A stretch of DNA of 64,000 bases from Convolutriloba macropyga (lineage: Eukaryota), in contig NC_134482.1 of NCBI RefSeq assembly GCF_964194025.1, positions 37,448,001-37,512,000 on the forward strand, read 5' to 3'. A model generated the notes under the pieces. It made no database searches. It saw only the letters and a list, made by a program, of their open reading frames with translations, and was not told the DNA's origin. The translations under genes were made by a program, and so were the position numbers. Positions 11,510 to 21,872 of this stretch are shown piece after piece (the stretch's first letter is position 1; each line of letters starts with the position of its first letter).

Positions 11510-11950
11510 TTAAAAATGTTTCATCTGAACCATAAAGCTCTCCAAGAGTCTCCCAGTTTTGTCATAATGAAATATTTTGTGAACTCTTTCTTCCTTCACC
11601 AAGTTCTGAATCTCCTTTGGCAGTGAAGGATTGTTCTTGTCAATTTCTTCACCAACAGGGTGTTTCGACATCAGTAAGAGTCTCGGAGGACAGACTCTGG
11701 GTTGAATTTTTGACATTCTGCATTTCCACTGAAAAAATGGTTCAATATAATATACTAAATGAGTGAATGATCGAATTTTGTCCTCAGTCAGCAACAATTT
11801 TACTTTTCCCTGTAAAAATTGGTTTCCGGTTTTTTTTATGGTTTCGTCTTTGGAAACTGAAAGACTCAGATTCCCGTCCCCCGTAATCAAAGCGCAAATT
11901 GTTGAACTCGGTGACAAGGGTGCTTCCACTTTCGTCAATTCCTCTCTCAT
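11510..11950 (-). CDS. Hypothetical element protein, possibly a chimera of frames
   Basis: 146-aa open frame co-oriented with the viral block; no recognised motif. Confidence 0.25.
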   Translation of the reverse strand: MREELTKVEAPLSPSSTICALITGDGNLSLSVSKDETIKKTGNQFLQGKVKLLLTEDKIRSFTHLVYYIEPFFQWKCRMSKIQPRVCPPRLLLMSKHPVGEEIDKNNPSLPKEIQNLVKEERVHKIFHYDKTGRLLESFMVQMKHF

Positions 11951-12427
11951 TTGTTAACCAGTTGAAATAGAAAATGGCTTTTTCTTTTGCACATGGTTTG
12001 TTGAAAATGTTTTTGCTCTTTGAATGATTTTGACAGTTTTGTGTAAAGTAGTTCACAGATATGGAAGGACACGCGAGTGAATTCAGATCAATGATAGAGC
12101 ACTCAAGCAAATCTAACAAAATTTTATTTTATCCCCTCCCTTAGCGTAGAATATTGCACCCGGATTCCTAAAGCGAACGTTTTGAATTATTTGCGTAAGA
12201 TAAATGTAGGGATAGTTTCCTGTGTCCCGCTCAATGCCGAGCAAAATTCCAGTCAATCAACTGAAGGATTGCTTTTATTGAGTTGTTAACTCACTATAAC
12301 TTGGAGGTAAAAAAGAGACGCAGTCAAGATAGTCCTCAGTGCAAAAACCAAGTTCTTTAACAAAAAAATTTTCCTTTCTGTGACGAAACCCTTCAACGTC
12401 TAACACAACTGTTTTGATGCTCATCAT
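11945..12427 (-). pseudogene. DEDD/DnaQ-like (Maelstrom-like) nuclease-fold protein of Polinton-type elements
   Basis: MSIKTVVLDVEGFRH..FFVKELG...SFLPPSYSEL..*..S*LT..LLGIERDTGNYPY...IFYAKG.DK / IIDLNSLACPS...CQNH...PCAKEKA..YFNWL; two stops and one frameshift. Confidence 0.6.
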
Positions 12428-12429
12428 TC

Positions 12430-12919
12430 CAATAAATGATAAATTGATGGAAGAAAAACCTTTATATATAATCAAAACAATATTTGCGACAAATGTCCGC
12501 TTTAACAGTTGCTGCTTTTCTACGGAAGCGTATAAGAATAACCAGTTCCTTGGTTGTATCTTTCGTATATAAATCCCCTGAGTCGTGTAAAACAGCGTGC
12601 AAACGTAAATATCTTGAGATTTTAAGTATTTATCTACTGAAGAAATATCTACGCCAATAATACCACAGTAGGGCCTCAACTTTAGCGCTTTATCAAAATC
12701 AAACGCTTCAGTTTCACTAAAAAATTCACTTGTAGCCAGAAAATAATTTAACCTTACACTGTTGTTTGGGTATATTGATGAAACCGATAAATAATTTTCG
12801 TGGGATTTGTTCAAACAGTTTCTGCAAACAATTGGCTCTCCAAGACGCATACCTTCTTTTCGCAAGCCTGGCCGCGCATTAAAATGATTGGAAATATAAG
12901 AAAGTGGGTTATTGTTCAT
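12430..12919 (-). CDS. Hypothetical element protein with CxxC (CRNC)
   Basis: 5' part of ORF 12275-12949; probably a separate gene that now reads into the nuclease-like gene. Confidence 0.35.
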
Positions 12920-13095
12920 TGCGTTGGGAAAACAATTTATTAACAACAAACAAAATGGGATTTGATTTATTAAACATATACCTAACCTTGATACTACATA
13001 AGCAAATTATTTTGAAACAGTTTCAAGATAAGGAGGCAATAAAAAATGTTCCTGGCATATGCTGGGCTTAGTTTGTATGTATCTTCATAAATAGT

Positions 13096-13236
13096 NNNNN
13101 NNNNNNNNNNNNNNNNNNNNNNNNNNNNNNNNNNNNNNNNNNNNNNNNNNNNNNNNNNNNNNNNNNNNNNNNNNNNNNNNNNNNNNNNNNNNNNNNNNNN
13201 NNNNNNNNNNNNNNNNNNNNNNNNNNNNNNNNNNNN
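13096..13236. other. Assembly gap (141 N)
   Basis: Run of N. Confidence 1.
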
Positions 13237-13896
13237 CGTTTTACTGTTGATTATCGTTGATAAGAAAGTAATAAATACGTTTGAGTGGTTTGCACACTCA
13301 AAGGTAGCGTAAAAACATTGAGGTCAAGTTTTGTTCCAAAGCATAATAAAACCGTGAGTGTAACAAAACACTATTGCGAGAACACATGTTAAAAACCAGA
13401 CCTTAACCAACCCTAAAGCTTTATATATCTTTTGATCTACATAGCATTCGTCATATCAACGCTGTTTGGTACTTGAACAACATACTTCACTCATTAATTG
13501 CTCTAGATAAGAAAGTAATAAAATTGGGTGTGAACAAGCGACATAGCTAACTCGGAAAGATTGGAAAGGTTAACCGAATAGTATACTGAGGTACAACTAA
13601 AATACATGAATTTTAGTGTATTGAACTTGTCTGTAAGAGCAAATTGAATAACTTTTTACAACAATAACGGAAGGAATTGATTGAGCACGCCTTAGTTTAA
13701 AATTATACATGAAATCTTAAATTCCTAATTTTTGCTTTAACTTTCATTTGTTCAAGTCCAAATTTTATTTAGCAGAACTGTTCCTGGATTCTGACAACAG
13801 ATTTTTTTGTTCAATTTGATTACCAAATTCTACCATAACCAAAGAAAATAATTCTAATGTCTCCTCTAGCCATCATTCTAAAGGCGGAATAGACTC

Positions 13897-13990
13897 CTGA
13901 CAGCTTATGAAATGCTTAAAAATGACAGCTCATGAAATGCTTAAAAATGACAGCTCAAAAATGAATGCCTATGAAATGTCAGCTCCCAAA
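13897..13990 (+). repeat. Short ~25-bp tandem repeat (tgacagctcatgaaatgcttaaaaa)
   Basis: Two full copies plus degenerate copies overlapping the start of ORF 13965. Confidence 0.75.
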
Positions 13991-14510
13991 TGCTTATGAG
14001 ACTTACAGAAAGCAGACTGTTATCGTTGTACAGCAGGACTATCAGTTAGATGAATGGGTTACAGTAAATCACATGGCTGTGCTCATTGTGATTTTTGATT
14101 TTATTCAGTCATTTCGATTTCAGAAGGGCCTTATGAAAGGAGCTCATTACTTGCTGGATTTTGTAACGTCTTATGTCATTGAGTTTGTATTCGACACAGA
14201 CACATTTGACGATGAAGTTCGAAAAAATTTTTACGATTATGACGTGAAAGAAATCCCGCTGTATGAAAATCAAGAAGGGTACTGGAGAGATCTTGATCTG
14301 TTTGAAAGCATTTGGAGAATGAAACCAGATATTGAGGGCCCAGAAACTTTTAGCGAACCAGCAACACCTGCCATGGTTCATGACACAATTGCCTGTACAC
14401 CTGAAAACACACCAGGTGATTTTTCGAGCAGTGGAAGCCTTGTGACTCCACCCTTGAGCAAGTGTTTTGCACGAAAGAAACGAAAAATCGATCTCAATTA
14501 TGAAAACTAA
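13965..14510 (+). CDS. Hypothetical acidic protein with TP motifs and C-terminal NLS-like RKKRK
   Basis: 181-aa open frame with biased, protein-like composition next to the right inverted repeat. Confidence 0.5.
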   Translation: MPMKCQLPNAYETYRKQTVIVVQQDYQLDEWVTVNHMAVLIVIFDFIQSFRFQKGLMKGAHYLLDFVTSYVIEFVFDTDTFDDEVRKNFYDYDVKEIPLYENQEGYWRDLDLFESIWRMKPDIEGPETFSEPATPAMVHDTIACTPENTPGDFSSSGSLVTPPLSKCFARKKRKIDLNYEN

Positions 14511-14665
14511 ATCAAACTATTCCTTCGTTGAAATTGTTTGTTGTGTGTGTGTGACATTCTTTTGTGAAGCTGACTTTATAGAATTTGAATATTTTATAAT
14601 TGAATTCTCAGATCTTTCAGCTCGTTTCAAGTATCAAACTCTAGCAAAAAAAGCACTTCATATTA

Positions 14666-16496
14666 TTCGTGGTAAAAGTCACTATTATCGTGAAACGAAA
14701 ATTTTTCGGTCATAACTTTGTTTCCGTTGTGGAAAAGAAATACTCTCTTAATGGTATAAACACGCTGTAAAAGGAATTTAAGAAATGCGGCTTGCTTTGA
14801 ATTGAATCGCAAAGAAAATGCAATATCAATAAAACTATTTAAGAGCAATTTTCCTCACTTTGGCTTTACCTGGTCGATTTCACAGATCTGCTAAAAATAG
14901 AACCTAAACTCAAACTCAGCCTACTTTTATGGTTGCCACACCCAAGTTTTGTCTACCATGAAGTCAAGTCACACATAAACGCTTCAAAGAAGTTTTCATA
15001 GATGGGTTAATCGCCGGCAAAGTTGTTAAAATCATTCCTTTTTTGTTCTTAATCTCTCACACTTTTTTAACCACAATTTCAGCGCAAAAAACTAAACTGA
15101 CCTCGTACACTGAAAACTGTAAAAATAGACGTCAGCTGTTTCAGCCGAATGTTCTTTTATAACATTTGGTTAGGTAAATAGTGATAGTTTTAACTAAAAA
15201 ATATAAAAATAAACAAAAAGAACATTTATTCAGCACCCAATTAATCCCTATTATTTGTTTCGCCTAGCTGTTAAAGGACAAAGTTTCATTGCAAATTGCG
15301 TTTCAACACGAAACATTAATTATTCTACTTTCTTCAATCAAGAAACATCAATTTTTTCACTTTTTTGTCAAAAATTGCCGAAAAATATCAAAACCTGAAC
15401 AAAAAGTGACATGCAAACAACACTCAATTATTCTTTATTATTTGTTCGAGCAAACTTTCACCTTATGAAAATTTGTTGTCCACTCCCTTAAAACTACCAT
15501 AGAACATTTTATTCTTCCTTCTTACCTCAGAAACTGCTAATTTCTGCAGGCCCTTGTCATCTAAAAATACAAAAAATGTAAGTAAAAGTTATCACTAAAT
15601 AATATTTAATATAAACCCGATTCCTCAAAAGTTTTTCTCTTGACATATTTTAACAGTTTTTAAATTGTAAAAAAAGGCTTATTGGCGGCGAAAAACATTT
15701 TTTTTTAAAAACTTTTTACTACCAAAAAACAGCAATTTTTGCTTTTTTTCAAAATTTTGTCTGTTTTTGACGCAAAATTGCTTCAAAAATACACCTAGCG
15801 CTCCATTCAAGCTATTTTCAACCCGTAATTTCACAAAAATTCAAGTGGCCTCCATATCAAGGCTTTCGAGACCTAATAATGGATTGATAAAATCACTTTT
15901 TTAACCAATTTTCAAACAAGTTTTAAACCCCAATTTCTTCTATGTTTCAGTCAATTTTCAGGATATTTTGTCCACTATTCATTCTCATGCGCTATTTTCA
16001 ATTCGAAACTCTGCTTAAAACATTTCTCCAGGCTTGAAACTCAACAAACTTCATATTTCAATACTTCGCACTTGCTAGTTAATTCAAACATATGGGCAAT
16101 AAAACCTATAAAATCAATACCACTTGTGCGGACTCGGACTCACAAAACTATTAAATTTCTTACATTGGAACAAAAACTTATCAAATTTTATATATCTTTT
16201 TCTTCCCTTACCTCAGTATTCCATCAGGTTAGTCACTTTCGATTTTTAGTCCTTCATTAGTCTCATTAGACTAGAAAAAAGATTCAGAATTTGAAAAAAA
16301 ATTTGCTAAATTTTCGAATAATTTTACAAGTTTCACTCATTCACCGCACCAAAATTATTTCCAAAAATTTTACAAGTTCCAGCGCTCTCAGAACATCAAA
16401 TTCACAAAAAATTTACAAGTCTTTGCCTACCACGAGAAAAAAAGTTTTCGAAAAATTTTACAAATTTTTGAACAGGATATCTAAAAAATGCCATGC
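14666..16496 (-). repeat. Right long inverted repeat (TIR-like); outermost AGTAGT terminus not retained
   Basis: Reverse complement of 873-2722. Similarity stops at ...aaaatgccatg (~16495). No ACTACT end or 6-bp TSD seen. Confidence 0.88.
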
Positions 16497-19400
16497 CGGT
16501 ATTGTAACGGGGGGGGGGGGGGGAATAGTGCGAAAACCTGTTCTACACTCAACATTCATACTCGGCCCATGACCTGTGTTTGAATGATTTGGTACTGTCC
16601 ACTCCAATTTGGGATAGGTCGTAGTGTCCTCCTCTAGAGGTTTTTATGCTCCAAGACATTTTTAAGAAGCAACCTTAGGTAATCATTATCTTTCGATAAG
16701 CGATAAGGAGTGAGGTTGAGGTACAATTCATAAATTAACAAGCGAAGAAATTGCTATTCTTTCAAAAAAATTTCTCAAGGATAATTTAAAGTAACAATTT
16801 CAAAATGTTTTCCGGCTTTCTCATTTCTCAAATTTTCAAACACATCGAAATAGTTCTTAATCATATGTTTTACAGTAGATAATTGCAAAAAAATTTATTG
16901 TTAATATTAAACTTTGTAATGCGTTGAAAAATTGTGAAATAAGTGAAAAATCCTTTCCGAAAATCTTCTAACCAGAAACATGTTATTGAGTGATGTCCCA
17001 ATGCTAATTGAGAGAGTATTTAGGTTACAAATGAGCTCATTAGTTTTTAGCTATCTTTATTTTTTCACCTTAACATTAGTGAACTTCTAGGAAGAGAAAC
17101 CGTTTTGACATTTTCGCTTGTAAAAATTTCAGATGCTCAGTTTCTCTAGAACTAAGCCCAGTGAAAGTCATTGTTTTTAGACGATTTTTAAAGTTTACCG
17201 CAAAATACATAAAAAATTTTGTCCTTTTTTTTCTAAATTGGCATTCTGACCAAGTAGATAAGGTAGTTTGGCTACCAAATTGTTCTTTATATTGGCCTGT
17301 TTGTCTTCATAATTTACAGAAAAGATATTCGACTGTTTTTTAAGATGCCTCGGCAAAACAGATGGCAGTTGTACTTTTAATATTTTTTTCTCCACTAAGA
17401 TGGTGTAAATCAGATATAAAACTTTAATAATCTAATTAATTATGATTTTAAATTATATCATGTAGGAAGGTCAATAAGATTCAAGGTCCTGAGAAGAAAT
17501 TGAACATAGCAAAAGTCAACTTGTACTTCTGTCAATTTTTTGTAATCAAAAAAGGTCAAGTGTTATCTTTTCTTTGTTTCTTGATTTTTTTGCTTCTTTA
17601 TAAATTAATATAAAATTTTGTTTTTTTTTGTTAGGAGGCAAAAGTTAAGATGGGATTCACATGAAACAGAGTGTCCCAATTTTTTATTTTAACGCCAATC
17701 ACAGATGCCGTGCATTAACTTGCCAAACTGTTTTGTGCGCAAAAGAAAAAAGTTAATAACGAAAATAATAAGGGAAAAGTTCCTCTGCCAGATGAAAAAA
17801 ATTGCTTCAACCTCTCTAATGAATGATTATCTGAACAACTCGTCAAAACACTTTGGATACAGATTTTTGGTCAAAATCTTCGTAATATACCGTTTTAATC
17901 TGAACATTTTTGGATTTTCAGGAAAAAAAAGTCTAGAAGATTTGATTTAAAAAAAATTTGGAACTTTTTACTCTGATTTTAATTTTCAAGCTCATCACAT
18001 AAGTTTCAAAATTTTATTTGTGGTTCCTCGGAAAACGTTGCCCTGTCTGCTGAAGTAAGTTTCACTAAATTTTCCTGTACTTTAGTTAAAGTTGCATTAC
18101 ATTACTTTCATATAAATGAGTAGGTAGATTTAAACAATGATTTCAATGCATATGACCAATAAAATTCTAGTTAAAATGCTCGAGGTTGATAATGATATAA
18201 AATCTAGAAATTGAAATTTTTATTGCCATTATAATTTATCGGAAATATTTTTTCCCATTCAAACGAACTATATAAATGGAAGTTCAGTTGCATTGCTGTT
18301 CACCAGGTCACATTTGAAAGACGTTAAAAAAATGGCATTTGATGAGATCTCTTTCAAACAAAAAACTTTGAACGAAAGTCAACCTTTTACATGCTCTCGT
18401 TTGATTTGCAACACTTGAACAATAAAAACAAAGATGTAACTTTCACAACCAAAATGAGAATAAAAGGATTAAATTCGATTGAAAAATCAATCAATTTTTC
18501 TCCTGACCATTCATGAAATGTAGTTTCTTCATTTCTCTCTCCACATGTTTTGATTAAAAACAACCTTGTCAACATAATTGCAGGTAGATCGAGCATTTGG
18601 ACAGAAATGGATAATTATGAGGTAACAAGAAACTAAGATTTGCTGACACTAAATCGAAAAATTATTTGGACATGAAATATAGTGTGAAGAAAAGTAATTT
18701 TGCTAAACTGTTTTTTTTCAATCCACACCTCGAAATCCCTCTTTGAAGCTTCTCTAGAAATTTAATACTTTGGTTCCCACAGACATTGAGTGGAAATTTT
18801 TTATATTCAAAGAATTGTCTTATACTCGAGAGCCGTAAATCAAATAAAACAACAAACATTAATCACGGCGAAAATTCAATGTCTATTTTCTAGAAAAACC
18901 CTTAAAACAAAGGCGAAGAAGAAAAAAAACAGAAAAAATCAAATCTGAAAAATTTCATTTATATCTGATCAGAAAAAACTTGATAAGTTGTTTCCTGGTC
19001 TTATTCGTGGCCTGCCGCGAATGAGACCAGGTAACAAAAAAATGCTCAACTTGACAATTTGGGTTTTTTTTTGTCAAATTAATCAATGTCATGAGAACCC
19101 AACTTTAGGCAAAGTAAAAACAGAAAGCGCAATATGAAAACACTAACTTTATGTTTTTGAAAATGTAAAACATATAATTTTAATTAGAAGAATTTGAAAC
19201 CTCGTAGTATCAAAGCTAACAATTCTAGATTTGCAAAGAAAGTCGCATTGAAAAAATTTAATTTCATTAGACAGAGCATGTGACCGTCCTTTGCTTAGCA
19301 TAAATACATGGCGAAAGAAACGAGAAGTGGCAGGAAAAATATTTTCTAGAATCTATATTTTCTAGAACACCTACTTTTCAAACTCATAGCGACCATAAGC

Positions 19401-21349
19401 TTTGTAAAACAAAAAACTAGATGGAATGAGTTTGAATTCCATTGGAAGTCAATTTGACTTTTCATCAAACAGACTGGGCAACACGTATGACAATTTTCGT
19501 TTTTGTTTTGAATTGTTAGGTTATAATCAATTTTTTGTCAAAGGAAATCTTAAAACTGCTCCGTTTTTTGTTTCGTACGAAAACATTGAGATCTTTCATT
19601 ATGGAAAAACACGTCAAACGACTATGAAAAGAACGACGAAACAGGCAAAATAAAAAAACCAAGCGAGAAAAACTTGTCTAGTTTGTTAAAATTGAAATCT
19701 ATGCTAAAACATTGGATATATTCCACAACGCCTGCACCCATTAAAGTTATTTTTTGTATTTTGCCCAGCAATTACTAGCATGATGTGACGGAAAAACAAG
19801 TAAAATCTCAAAAACGGAAAATGAACAAATGTCCAAAAATTGAGAACTCAATCTGTCAAAGCTAAACAACAAGACAAAAAAATTCAAAGTGACAGAAATG
19901 AGGAAAAAAGTGCAGAGCTCAAATAGTTGCAAGACTTAACCTTTTTTTTTGGGAACCAGTCTTTTTGAAGAAAAAGCAACCAAAAGAATTCGAACAAAAA
20001 ATCCAGAGGGATATATTTGAGTTAACTTGTAACTCCTGTGGACCTGTAGTATGTGAGACTAAGTCTTAAGACTGCAAAATATAAAAAAATACTTGCAGAC
20101 CTCAGAATTTCATAATCAAATTTAATCTAACGCAGAGTTGAAGCCATAGGAGCCATTTGAAACATAAAACGTGTTCATTGGCACTCACCTTCATTGAATA
20201 TATAATGGTCTTTAGTAAACATACAAAAAAAAACAAAAAACGCAAAAATTATTAAAAAAATAGAGTGTACCCCTATATAATCTGAATAAATTATGGTTTG
20301 TAAAAATACTCGATTAGACATATACAAGCCTTGCTATTGCTGCGCGTCCATCAAACACATGTAATAGTGTCAATTGTGGCGGAGCATTTCCATAAAAACA
20401 GGAGTACAATTTACCCTTTATGGGACTTGAGAAGGTTGCGTTTGAAGTTTTTGAAGATTTACTGCAAATGCAACAAAGTGGACTAAAATTTTTTTCGATT
20501 TCATTTTTGATTTAAAATGTCTGATTTTTGAAAATTTGTATCAAGATTTCAGCCAAAAATTTGGATCCAACCATTCAACAACGCTCCTCTGTCCTTAAAT
20601 GTAAAACTAATAACCCATCAAACAATTGTAACTAATATGTAGCAAAATCGACGAAAACAAATTTGGAAAATGTGAACAAAGCAGCCGAAATCAGTAAAAT
20701 GTCCACGAAACTTTAAACCTCGACGGAAAGAACCAAATTCAATCCAAAAAGTTTTTAATTATATATTCTACGCTGGAGGGTTTGCTAATGATAGCTTTAT
20801 CAACTCTCTACCATGAATATATATCGATCGGCCAAATTTATGACTCAACAAAAAACCAGTTGAGCATATTATCACCCCCCCCCCGCGCTGTGGTGGGTCG
20901 GAACAATTACTCATTCTCTTTCCTGCAACCAACGGTACACAACAACATGCAGTGAAAGTGGGAGAGGGTTGACTTTAAGGAAAATCTAGTAATTTAAGCA
21001 GAAATTTAGTCTCATTTTCTAAAATTTTGACAAAATTTCAGTGTCAATAAGGTCATTTTGAAACGACGTGTCGATAAATAGATAAACAAACCAAACAAAC
21101 ATTAAAACAAATATCCAGAACTTGAAGCAACAAGGATAACCATTGTTGTAAATAACCATCGCTTTCTCCTATGTTATAAGACACGTTTATAAATGCAGTT
21201 TTGAAGGATATTAAATATCACTGAAAGAACTAAGTCGAAAATAATTACCAAAACAGTGAACAATTACAAATGACACGTCGCCATATAATAAAAAATTTGT
21301 GAATTGTTATATTACAGTCGATTTTTGCCCTATTTTACTACAAAAAACA

Positions 21350-21806
21350 ATGAAAGCTAACTTGATACTTTGGATCGAAATTATACTGTTTAGCGTTTTT
21401 ATTAGTTTAACTTCGCAAGCTGTTTTCAAAGTGAAATTGCACAAGGGATGTGCAAAATCTCCGCAAGGATGTCCGAAAAAGGAAAAAGAAGAGAGAACAG
21501 ACAACAGGAAAACTGGCAACTCTGGAATCAAATCCTTCCTCAGAACCCAAGTTGAGCATCAAACGATGGTACTATCAGCACAGAGCACAAATGATAGTTA
21601 CTATTATTACAACAGTTTTGACACCAGAGAACGGACTTCATTCAACGAGGCCTTGAAGAATTATATTAATGTAAGACTTGCGTTATACATATTGCAATTA
21701 ATAGGATGTAGAATGAATAGAGTGCTGAAAAAAATTTAGCTCTATTTAGCTCTATTTGAACCTGCTCAAGATAGAATCCCATCCAAAAATTATTTTTCCG
21801 ACATCA

Positions 21807-21872
<66 letters not shown>

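Larger units (their letters stand above)
844..16496 (-). mobile_element. Degenerate Polinton/Maverick (adintovirus-like) endogenous viral element
   Basis: Co-oriented remnants of packaging ATPase, rve integrase, minor and major capsid proteins and adenain protease in the usual Polinton order. Long terminal inverted repeats. AGTAGTAGT at 844-852 resembles Polinton 5'-AGT termini. Interrupted by an assembly gap at 13096-13236. Confidence 0.9.

Noticed and set aside
16497-16625. Right Polinton terminus with 6-bp TSD, or an LTR start (TGTAAC...)
   Set aside because: No ACTACT end or TSD match to the left flank; no second LTR, PBS or CA end identified.
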